A stretch of DNA of 64,000 bases, from the sequence record MW825358.1, one strand, 5' to 3'. The notes beneath the pieces were generated by a model. That model was not told the DNA's origin and made no database searches. It saw only the letters and a list, made by a program, of their open reading frames with translations. The translations under genes were made by a program, and so were the position numbers. This document shows positions 53,983 to 62,159 of this stretch, in pieces. Every line of letters begins with the position of its first letter. Position 1 is the stretch's first letter.

Positions 53983-54747
53983 ATGTCCGATAAACACCAT
54001 TTTCATCTGAACGCTGCTGTCAACTTCCTGGTGGGTAACCTGCCGCTGGACGACACCGACCCCAACTACCTGAAAGTTGCTTTGAAGCAGCTGAACCTGA
54101 TCGCCGATGAATTCGAAGAACTCGAAGAAGGTGTGCGGACGCTGAACATCAAGGAAGTCCGTGACGGGCTGGGCGATGTCGTGGTGACCGTGGACGGACT
54201 GTACTACCGTCTGGGGATTCGCCCGCTCATGCCCTTGCAGGGCAATTTCGATGACGGTGCTGAATTGTCGTATCCGTTGAACAATATCCGCACTGCGTTG
54301 AAGGAACTGCGCGAGCTGTTTGAGCCGGATAACAACATGCCGTACTGCTGGGATATCACGTCCCAGGAGTGGCGTGATGAGGTCACCGACAAGATCCATG
54401 TGATGATGACAGCCTGCTACTTGCTCGCCGCCCGTTGTCAGATCGATCTGCAGCAGGACCAGGAGGCAATCTACGCCTCGAACATGTCCAAGTTCGATAC
54501 GGATAAGGACGTGGCCTACAAGGGCGTGCTCAAGTACCTGGCACTGGGAGTGCGCACCGCGTTGTTCCCCAACTCGATCGAGGACACCACCTATCTGGTG
54601 ATCAAGTCCATCGAAGACCAGGTGGGTTCAGATGGCAAGAAGTACCCGGCCGGCAAGTTCCTCAAGTCGGTGCTGTTCCAGGAGCCGGAGTTTGCCCCGC
54701 TGGCCCCGGATGCTCGCATCATCCAAATCTTTGCGCGTAGCGCATAA
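53983..54747 (+). CDS. MazG-like / all-alpha NTP pyrophosphohydrolase
   Basis: IADEFEELEE, EVRDGLGDVVV, IYASNMSK, GKFLKS. Confidence 0.85.
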   Translation: MSDKHHFHLNAAVNFLVGNLPLDDTDPNYLKVALKQLNLIADEFEELEEGVRTLNIKEVRDGLGDVVVTVDGLYYRLGIRPLMPLQGNFDDGAELSYPLNNIRTALKELRELFEPDNNMPYCWDITSQEWRDEVTDKIHVMMTACYLLAARCQIDLQQDQEAIYASNMSKFDTDKDVAYKGVLKYLALGVRTALFPNSIEDTTYLVIKSIEDQVGSDGKKYPAGKFLKSVLFQEPEFAPLAPDARIIQIFARSA

Positions 54748-54819
54748 CCCCATACCCCTTCCACTTCGGTGGGAGGGGTTTATGCCCGTTAGGAGGGCTT
54801 TTATCTAGGAGACCTTAAA

Positions 54820-54957
54820 ATGATCAAGAATATCTTTGCCACGATCGGTGTGTTGGTGTGTGCCAAGTACGCTTGGGAAATGATGGAAAAGGTCATCGAG
54901 TACAAGGCGCAAGAGCGGGCCGAAGAGCTGGTCCGCGCTGCGCGCCAGACCGCGTAA
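54820..54957 (+). CDS. Small protein (45 aa)
   Basis: AGGAGA RBS; hydrophobic N-terminus. Confidence 0.55.
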   Translation: MIKNIFATIGVLVCAKYAWEMMEKVIEYKAQERAEELVRAARQTA

Positions 54958-55049
54958 GGGGCCTTTGGGGGTGGAAGGGAACTCTGCCCCCAAAGTGTTT
55001 TCTTACTGTGAAAGCTGATCTATTGACCCGTGCTTAAAGGTAGTGCCTT

Positions 55050-55271
55050 ATGTCTCACAACATCCCGACCCTGACGATACCCGCCACCCGGGTCAATGAG
55101 TTCATGGCGCAGTACGATCCCAAGTTGGGCCTGCGACTGGGGCAGGCCTTTTATCAGTTCATGGCCCTTGAGAAAATCACCACCGACAGTGCGTGGTGTG
55201 AAGCGCTCTACCAAGCAGACGGCCAGAGAGCCTTGGCCATGATCCAAACCATCACCGATTACCAGAACTAA
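55050..55271 (+). CDS. Hypothetical protein
   Basis: 73 aa; LRLGQAFY. Confidence 0.65.
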   Translation: MSHNIPTLTIPATRVNEFMAQYDPKLGLRLGQAFYQFMALEKITTDSAWCEALYQADGQRALAMIQTITDYQN

Positions 55272-55274
55272 CCC

Positions 55275-56111
55275 ATGTCCATCCTCTCCGATACCACCCT
55301 CTGCTCGCTGTGCGAGCTGCCCGAGACGTTCTTTGATGAACGCCAGTATCACAAGCTGGTCTCCCAGCGCGCCACGTGGCCGCTGGCCCGACACGCAGTG
55401 GAGAATATCAAGGCGGACATGCGGCAGCAGGCTACCCGCGCCTATACGCAAGAAGAGCGCGACGCTTTCACGCCAATGATCGCGCCGTTCCATCCTCAGC
55501 TGATTCGGCAGCTGGAAGGGTCCTTGGTGCCGTATGGGGACTGCCAGATTTCCAGCGTCGGACCTGATGGTGAGGTCCACAGCGAACAAGCCATGCTCCG
55601 TGTGGGCGCGCGCAAGATCATCTCCAAGGGTCTGACCTCTTACGGCTATGATGTCAGCCTGCAGGAAGATGAGTGCTGGGTGTTTACCAACATCCATTCA
55701 GGTACGATCGATCCTAAGCGCTTTGATCCGGAAAAGTGTCTGACACGCATGACGGTGCATACCGATCACGAAGACGGTGCTAAGTACGTGATCATGCCAC
55801 CTAACAGTTACATGCTGGCGCGCACGGTGGAGTACTTCCACATCCCGCGCGACATCATGGTGATTTGTCTGGGTAAGTCCACCTATGCCCGATGCGGTGC
55901 CATTGTCAACACCACCCCGATTGAGCCTGGCTTTGAGGGCAATGTCGTGATCGAAATCGGTAATGCCACCAACTCGCCGATGCGTATCTACCTGGATGAG
56001 GGGATTGCCCAGTTCCTGTTCTTCCGTGGTGATCAGCCTTGCGGTGTCTCCTACGGGGACCGCGGTGGGAAATATCAAGGTCAGACCGGCGTTCAACTTC
56101 CAAAGGTCTAA
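55275..56111 (+). CDS. dcd: dCTP deaminase with N-terminal insertion
   Basis: [38 protein letters not shown]. Confidence 0.95.
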   Translation: MSILSDTTLCSLCELPETFFDERQYHKLVSQRATWPLARHAVENIKADMRQQATRAYTQEERDAFTPMIAPFHPQLIRQLEGSLVPYGDCQISSVGPDGEVHSEQAMLRVGARKIISKGLTSYGYDVSLQEDECWVFTNIHSGTIDPKRFDPEKCLTRMTVHTDHEDGAKYVIMPPNSYMLARTVEYFHIPRDIMVICLGKSTYARCGAIVNTTPIEPGFEGNVVIEIGNATNSPMRIYLDEGIAQFLFFRGDQPCGVSYGDRGGKYQGQTGVQLPKV

Positions 56112-56113
56112 GC

Positions 56114-56608
56114 ATGAATACAGATCCTCATTCCAAAATCGAATATGAGTTGGCACTACGTGCGCCACAGCTCGGTGGTTTTGGGTTTGTCATCCGGTGG
56201 GAGTGGTCGTACACCGAAGATGAGCACCAGATTTACCAGGTCGACGCCAAATGCTATCGGTGTGAGGCGGCGGTTAAGTTTGATGATCAAGGGCTGCCCA
56301 CTGCACCATTCCAGTTTTCCGGAACAGACATCCTGAAGAGCTTACGCCCTGTTCAGTCGAACGAATTGGACCGGATTAATCCGGTCCTTAATATCTCCCT
56401 GAAATGGGACGGGTGCTCCAACAATTGGTTGCCCTCGTACATCCATCTGTGCGAGCCCGACCACCTGATCCATCTAGCTGATCTGATCAAGTACGTCATC
56501 AGAAAGGCCGTGGCCACTATGGAGGACAGTGCCGCTTTTAGTGAAGCCGAACTCACTGAAGGAGATCTTCAATACCTTCCCTCCATCCCTTACGTCCCTC
56601 AGAGCTAG
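56114..56608 (+). CDS. Hypothetical protein
   Basis: Coupled to dcd stop. Confidence 0.7.
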   Translation: MNTDPHSKIEYELALRAPQLGGFGFVIRWEWSYTEDEHQIYQVDAKCYRCEAAVKFDDQGLPTAPFQFSGTDILKSLRPVQSNELDRINPVLNISLKWDGCSNNWLPSYIHLCEPDHLIHLADLIKYVIRKAVATMEDSAAFSEAELTEGDLQYLPSIPYVPQS

Positions 56609-56698
56609 ATCGACATGGGTATTGAGTACGAAGATATTGGTGCGGTACTCGCCGGTGATGTCAAGCAATATCTGCTGCGCAACGCGTGAGGTGATTAC

Positions 56699-57226
56699 AT
56701 GTCGATGAATTTCGGTGTTCGGTTATTTGCACCACTCCTGCCCGATCAGGTTGGGTTGATAACAGCACTGTCCTTGTATAACAGCATGGATGAAACCGCC
56801 GGCCATCCTGTGATCGAAGCACTGGCCAAACTGCGTCCGGTGGCCACGACCTATTTCCAATTCGAGGTGGATAACCAAGGGCGAGAGCTTGCTGAGCCAG
56901 ATGAGTATGAACTGTCGATCTACACAGACACTCAAGGACAGCAGTATTTCAACGGGTACTTTTCTGTCAACGCCAGGCGGTTTTCAACGTTCCCTGTCTT
57001 GATCTCGGCCCTGACGCCTTTCATCCAAGCCACTGCTGAGGAACAAGCAATTGCCTGGACGCAGTATGAGGAGAATCGTGGCTACGGCCCTTACGGTGAC
57101 TTACATCGTGCTGAGGTGTTTTATATCCAGTCTGCGGCCGAGGGTCAACCGACGGTAGTGAAGAAGGATCTGAACATCGACATTCGTTTTGACCTTCAAG
57201 GAGCATCTTTCCGTGCCGATTCGTAA
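56699..57226 (+). CDS. Hypothetical protein
   Basis: GAGGTG RBS. Confidence 0.7.
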   Translation: MSMNFGVRLFAPLLPDQVGLITALSLYNSMDETAGHPVIEALAKLRPVATTYFQFEVDNQGRELAEPDEYELSIYTDTQGQQYFNGYFSVNARRFSTFPVLISALTPFIQATAEEQAIAWTQYEENRGYGPYGDLHRAEVFYIQSAAEGQPTVVKKDLNIDIRFDLQGASFRADS

Positions 57227-57563
57227 ATACAAAGCCTTCTGCTTCATCGATCTTAATGATGGCAGCGGGTGCTTGCGGATGGAGACGCTGTACTTTAAAG
57301 CCGCCAATGGAAGAGAGGCTGAAGAGATTGCAAACTCTGACCCGGCCAAATATGGGGACCGCCCTCATGTGATGTCCGCCAGCTCCCAGGGCACTGCCAG
57401 CAGGGAAATGAAACAGGCGATCGCCATGCAATTGCGCTTTGGCAATGACCCCATCCCTTTTCATCTGATCTATAGCCAGAAAGGCCGTAAGCGTCGGCGC
57501 AAGCAATACCACGCCCCTAAACCTGCGGCCATGTCTTTGCACCATCACGAGTTGGAAGTGTGA
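57213..57563 (+). CDS. Hypothetical protein
   Basis: AAGGAG RBS before GTG. Confidence 0.65.
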   Translation: MPIRKYKAFCFIDLNDGSGCLRMETLYFKAANGREAEEIANSDPAKYGDRPHVMSASSQGTASREMKQAIAMQLRFGNDPIPFHLIYSQKGRKRRRKQYHAPKPAAMSLHHHELEV

Positions 57564-57799
57564 TGTTTACCAAATACCGACCCAATGGTTCAGAGCAAAA
57601 CGTGTATGTGTTCCAAGGTCCTGCTACGGAAGGTGGGATTATGGAAAATGCGCTCAAGCACGCCAAGGCCAAAGGCTACAAGTTCCAGTACAAGCGCGTG
57701 GCCATTCCGCTCAAGGCGGTCTTTGAGATCACCGTGGAGCCAGAGGAACTGAAGCGACTGCAAGAGTACGTGGTCGACTACATGAACCCCACTTCCTAA
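57563..57799 (+). CDS. Hypothetical protein
   Basis: TGATG coupling. Confidence 0.65.
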   Translation: MFTKYRPNGSEQNVYVFQGPATEGGIMENALKHAKAKGYKFQYKRVAIPLKAVFEITVEPEELKRLQEYVVDYMNPTS

Positions 57800-57901
57800 G
57801 CAAAGTACTTGGGAGCACCTTTCTCCCTTGCTTTGTTAGCTGTTCCCCTCCTGCTGGTGCAGGAGGGGTGTATGCTCCCCTCCCCACTAAGGAATAACGT
57901 C

Positions 57902-58180
57902 ATGGCCTGGCAAGATACCGACGAACCCTCTCGTGAGCAAACGCAAGATGATCTCGTGGCCGAAAACGGGATCTTGCGCAGGCTATTGGCCGCCCGGGTC
58001 GGACAGAGCTTTCTCTACACCGATGATGGTGAACTCCAAGACAACAGCACTCTGCCCACGATCGACTTCATCCGTGATCGGGCAGAGGACATTGAAATCA
58101 AGTTAAACGAACGCGGACGTCTGCGCTTGCAGATGCTGCTGGCTTCTGAGGAAGCCGAACAAGCCAACCTGCGAGGGTAA
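57902..58180 (+). CDS. Hypothetical protein
   Basis: AAGGA RBS. Confidence 0.7.
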   Translation: MAWQDTDEPSREQTQDDLVAENGILRRLLAARVGQSFLYTDDGELQDNSTLPTIDFIRDRAEDIEIKLNERGRLRLQMLLASEEAEQANLRG

Positions 58181-58181
58181 G

Positions 58182-58559
58182 ATGTCAGCTGTATTTGAAA
58201 TTTCCTGTAGCTTTTTAAACATGTGGTCCAACGAAACCCACGGTCTGCATGTGGGACACTACGTCTTCCGGCATAAGGGAAAGAAGCGCAAAGGTAGGCC
58301 CAATTATCCGCCCTTCCGTTCGCCCCTGCGCCGCTCAGCCCGCTACTGCAACAAGCCTAACCGCGGCCAGCGCAAACGCGACAAGCCACACAGTCGCCTG
58401 ATCGAGCGCACTTTCACCAAGGCGCTCAAGGCGCACAATAAGGCACGGCGTCAGGATAAGCTGATTGAGCAGTCCAGCAACGTCTTCCGGCTTCCCGGTT
58501 CGATGTTCCCCACCACCACCCGTGCAGTTCGCAGTGGCGCCTGGCGTCCAGAACCTTAA
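58182..58559 (+). CDS. Basic Arg/Lys-rich hypothetical protein
   Basis: 125 aa. Confidence 0.6.
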   Translation: MSAVFEISCSFLNMWSNETHGLHVGHYVFRHKGKKRKGRPNYPPFRSPLRRSARYCNKPNRGQRKRDKPHSRLIERTFTKALKAHNKARRQDKLIEQSSNVFRLPGSMFPTTTRAVRSGAWRPEP

Positions 58560-58572
58560 GGAAACCCAAACG

Positions 58573-59034
58573 ATGGAACTTGCAAAGATCACCGATGCAG
58601 AAGAGTTGTGGGCCGGCCACCATTACGTGGATTGCTACATGCTGGTCTACAACGCCTTTAAGGACCACATCGATTTAGGTGGGGCTGAGTACATGGCTCA
58701 CCTGCTATATGTCTCTGAACGGCAACCCACCGCTGTGGGGCGTGTTCTGGGACTGCTGCACGATCTGATCGAAGACACGGCTATCACCCCAAATTGGCTG
58801 CGTCAGTGGGGCATGCCGGAAGCCATTGTTCAGCGCCTTGAACTGCTGAGTCGCCGGCCTGAGCAGGATTACGATGATTATATCGTGCAGTTGCTCACAG
58901 ACCGGTACACCAAGGCCGTCAAGAAGGTAGACCTGGAACACAACATGCAGGTCCATCGTCTGAGCAAGCTCACTCCTGGTATTTTCAAACGCCTGGAAAA
59001 ATACCATCGCGTCTACGCCTACTTCAAGGACTAG
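58573..59034 (+). CDS. HD-domain hydrolase of the RelA/SpoT-hydrolase (Mesh1-like) type
   Basis: YMAHL..V, LLHDLIEDT, VKKVDLEHN. Confidence 0.8.
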   Translation: MELAKITDAEELWAGHHYVDCYMLVYNAFKDHIDLGGAEYMAHLLYVSERQPTAVGRVLGLLHDLIEDTAITPNWLRQWGMPEAIVQRLELLSRRPEQDYDDYIVQLLTDRYTKAVKKVDLEHNMQVHRLSKLTPGIFKRLEKYHRVYAYFKD

Positions 59035-59035
59035 A

Positions 59036-59389
59036 ATGAACACGCCCCCATGTCCGAAGTCTCCGCTGTATTACCTGCTCGACCTGGTCGGGGAGGAATG
59101 TAACGAGGTTGCCGAGGCAGCCTTAAAGATCGGTAAGGTGCTCTCCAAAGCCAGTCGCTTTGGTCTGCTCGATCAGCGGCCTGGCAGCGGGGTCACTAAC
59201 CTTGAGGCTTTGCAAGGAGAGGTCAGTGATCTGATCGGCTCTTTGCGTTTGCTCAATGCACAACTTCTCAAAGCAGGTCTTGCACCTATCGTCTTGGATG
59301 ACGAAAGCGCCATCGAAAAGAAAATGGAAAAGGTGCGCCGCTTTGCCCATCGCTCAATGACCAATGAGCGCTTGACCGAACTATTCTAA
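59036..59389 (+). CDS. MazG-like pyrophosphohydrolase
   Basis: GEECNEV...LQGEVSDL. Confidence 0.75.
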   Translation: MNTPPCPKSPLYYLLDLVGEECNEVAEAALKIGKVLSKASRFGLLDQRPGSGVTNLEALQGEVSDLIGSLRLLNAQLLKAGLAPIVLDDESAIEKKMEKVRRFAHRSMTNERLTELF

Positions 59390-59403
59390 TAAGAAGGACT
59401 TGT

Positions 59404-59952
59404 ATGATTGACACCCCCCGTCTACTCAGCCTGGAAGAACGGATCTTGCTGGGACTAAAGTTCCACGCAATCCCGACCCTGCGCGATGAGTTGCTCGAGA
59501 CGCTTCAGAAAACCCTCAAAGACCCGGATAAGGTCCGCCGGATGAATGCACTGCTCAACCAGCATTTCGTTCCGGCCCTGTCTACCGAACTGGTCGATGA
59601 GCAAGTGCAGTATCTGGCTGAAGACCTCGAGCAATCCCAGATCCCCAAGGTTGTGGGTGGGAACGAGGTGCCAGTCAATTGGACCGAAGAAATCGATGTC
59701 ATGGCCCTGTGTGATCCTGCACTGAGCTTTGTCCCTCGGGTCGTGCGGCAGTTCATCCTTCCAGCCTCGGTTCGTGACGAGCGCATCCCTTTGCGTTTGT
59801 TTGTGACCGTGGAGGGGATACGCTACCGCGTCATTGGAATCACCGTCACCGGCACGTTCCAACTAAGCACCTCGCTGGAGCGCGGTGAGATTTACGATGC
59901 GACTCTCACCTTTGATCCCCACCAGTTCAAGGACTGGTCACAGAGCCCTTAA
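59404..59952 (+). CDS. Hypothetical protein
   Basis: AAGGA RBS. Confidence 0.7.
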   Translation: MIDTPRLLSLEERILLGLKFHAIPTLRDELLETLQKTLKDPDKVRRMNALLNQHFVPALSTELVDEQVQYLAEDLEQSQIPKVVGGNEVPVNWTEEIDVMALCDPALSFVPRVVRQFILPASVRDERIPLRLFVTVEGIRYRVIGITVTGTFQLSTSLERGEIYDATLTFDPHQFKDWSQSP

Positions 59953-59953
59953 A

Positions 59954-60235
59954 ATGTCTGAACCCATTTTGGTGTTTTTCAAGATCGCCGTGTTGATCAG
60001 CGTGTGGGCCATGTGCGCCCGCATGCTGTATCTCAACGAAATACGGTTAGACGTACAAGACCGCATTTGCATGAATCCCGAAACCCTTGCGGTCCTGTGT
60101 CTGATCTGGCCGCTATGGATGATCACACTGGTCTTGATGCTGATCGGGACCTTACTCGGCGGAGTCCTGTTTTGGTTCCAGCACGCCCTGCGCAAGACCC
60201 ACCGCCGCACCCACCGGATAATGAAACTCCCATGA
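59954..60235 (+). CDS. Membrane protein
   Basis: Hydrophobic segments; LIWPLW. Confidence 0.65.
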   Translation: MSEPILVFFKIAVLISVWAMCARMLYLNEIRLDVQDRICMNPETLAVLCLIWPLWMITLVLMLIGTLLGGVLFWFQHALRKTHRRTHRIMKLP

Positions 60236-60858
60236 GCACCCCTGAAAACGAAAACCTGATGTCCGGTGAAGAAAGCGCCCAGGTCCTGGGCGGGCTGACG
60301 CAAACCCTGGAGGCCACCACACCACAGGTCCAGCTCCCGTGGGACAAGCGTAGCTTGCACATCGATGAGTTTCTCGATGCGACCTATGAGATCGCCTCGC
60401 GCCCTGAACTGGAGTACCCTCACTTCTTGTTCTCTTTTTGGCGTCAGCCGGCAGCGGTGAAGATCCTGCATGAACCGTTCATGTCCCAGTTCAAGCTCTT
60501 TGTCGATTACGACGGCAAGACCTGGCGTGTGGTGGGTGCAAGCCGGTTGGGGGATGTCTGGTTGACGCAGGACTTTGAATCCACCCACTACCAAAGGCGC
60601 GTGGGTCTGGTGGTTTCGACCTTTGCCAATTGGCGTGCGCAGGCCGATCGTCCTTTGACCTGGGTGGAACGGTGCGCGCTGGCCACCAAGTACTACGACC
60701 TGAACTTTTTCACCTCTGAAGATCAGGTCGCCCCGAAGGCCAATCGCACTACCTCACCGATGGCCAAAGCCGGAGTGCCTGTCACCTATCTTGAATGCAC
60801 GATGGAGCACCGCGCCCATCTGGCATTTATGGAAAAGCTCCGCCGAGAACGCCAGTGA
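60232..60858 (+). CDS. Hypothetical protein
   Basis: ATGA overlap with previous stop. Confidence 0.7.
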   Translation: MSTPENENLMSGEESAQVLGGLTQTLEATTPQVQLPWDKRSLHIDEFLDATYEIASRPELEYPHFLFSFWRQPAAVKILHEPFMSQFKLFVDYDGKTWRVVGASRLGDVWLTQDFESTHYQRRVGLVVSTFANWRAQADRPLTWVERCALATKYYDLNFFTSEDQVAPKANRTTSPMAKAGVPVTYLECTMEHRAHLAFMEKLRRERQ

Positions 60859-61523
60859 TGGACACGTCTTTTAGTTTGGCCGAGTTTGACCGTCTGTGCT
60901 GGCTGGCAGCGGTAGGCAACGGGATCTTTACCGAAGACCCAGAGGATAAGAAGAAAGACAATCCCTCCTCTTTGCTGTATATGGCCTTTATCGATGTCAC
61001 GATCGAAGACTACACCGTGGGGGTGGGGATTCAGCACGCCCCCGACAGGGCAGTTCTGACCAGTCGGATGGGTCAGGTGTTAGCCCATGCGGCCATTCAA
61101 GCCCAACGCTCGGTGGCGGCGGTAGATAAGGCGTTTGAGCTGCTGGAAGAACGCGGGCAGGTACCTGAGCGCATCACCGGGGGCGATCATCGTGGACTGA
61201 CTCTGACCATGGCCAAGGACTTGCTGTATTTGCTGGAGAAAGAACTGGTGTCGTTCTGGCCCACGGTTCAGACTTTGGAGGATGGATCTGTTCTGCGCGA
61301 TTGGGTAGTTACGGTGATTTGTAATGACACCTTCTATCACGCTTCTTCAGATTCGACCCACTTGCCTTTTGATCAGATTGCTGTGGTACGTGATTTGGTC
61401 GAGCGCTTTGGCGTAGGTGGTGCCAATGCCTGGTCGGCGCAGCAGCGCAATCAAGAGGTCTTGTGGTTCTGGAATGATGATCAATACCAGGCCGCTAAGA
61501 CCTATCTTTCAACGCAACACTAA
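60858..61523 (+). CDS. Hypothetical protein
   Basis: TGATG coupling. Confidence 0.7.
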   Translation: MDTSFSLAEFDRLCWLAAVGNGIFTEDPEDKKKDNPSSLLYMAFIDVTIEDYTVGVGIQHAPDRAVLTSRMGQVLAHAAIQAQRSVAAVDKAFELLEERGQVPERITGGDHRGLTLTMAKDLLYLLEKELVSFWPTVQTLEDGSVLRDWVVTVICNDTFYHASSDSTHLPFDQIAVVRDLVERFGVGGANAWSAQQRNQEVLWFWNDDQYQAAKTYLSTQH

Positions 61524-61684
61524 TGCAAGGACTCTCAGGCAACGCCATACACCCCTCCTCGCTTCGGCGGGGAGGGGATATGTCCATTTTTATTTTCGAG
61601 CCTTATAACGTGCCACGCACCACGCGTTGGCAGTGTGTACCTTCCCTAGTGTTCTTCGCCCAAAGACTATCTAAAGGAGTACCA

Positions 61685-62026
61685 ATGTATCGTTCCAATC
61701 TCAACGCTGACAACACCACTGCCCAGATCCTCAAGGACAAACAACTCCTTGGGGTGATCGCACAAAACGAAGGCGAATCTGTCAGTGAGACAGCCGCTAT
61801 TCTGACCCAGCACTTGAATAACCCTTTGGAGGACCATCGCGGTTACCAGGTCAGCCAGGTTGGGTTTGGTTTTGTCAGCCTGGAGAATGATGATGACTTC
61901 ATCGAAGGCGAAGAGCCTGCGGTGATTCAAACGGCATTGGGCCAAACTTTGGCCACCGTAGATTGCTTTGCCTCTGGCGTGGCGATCACCAACGAGTTGA
62001 ACCGCAAACTCTCCCGGCATCACTAA
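61685..62026 (+). CDS. Hypothetical protein
   Basis: AAGGAG RBS. Confidence 0.7.
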   Translation: MYRSNLNADNTTAQILKDKQLLGVIAQNEGESVSETAAILTQHLNNPLEDHRGYQVSQVGFGFVSLENDDDFIEGEEPAVIQTALGQTLATVDCFASGVAITNELNRKLSRHH

Positions 62027-62120
62027 CCCCTCCCCTGCTAGCCCCCTGCCTTCGCGCAGGGGGTTTATAGTGCTTTTTTTACCCCATCGGCTTATTTAGT
62101 GTCCAAAGGAAATATAAACC

Positions 62121-62135
62121 TACACTATCTAAGTG
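62121..62135 (+). promoter_or_regulatory. Putative phage-RNAP promoter box
   Basis: AAACC-TACACTAT-CTA-AGTG with AAAGGAAA upstream. Confidence 0.6.
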
Positions 62136-62159
62136 TAGTCCATTAACACTGAGACATTT

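Noticed and set aside
127-56111. Hypermodified-base DNA pathway suggested by tmk, thyA and dcd
   Set aside because: All three keep canonical motifs; no hydroxymethylase, glycosyltransferase or 7-deazaguanine genes in this window.
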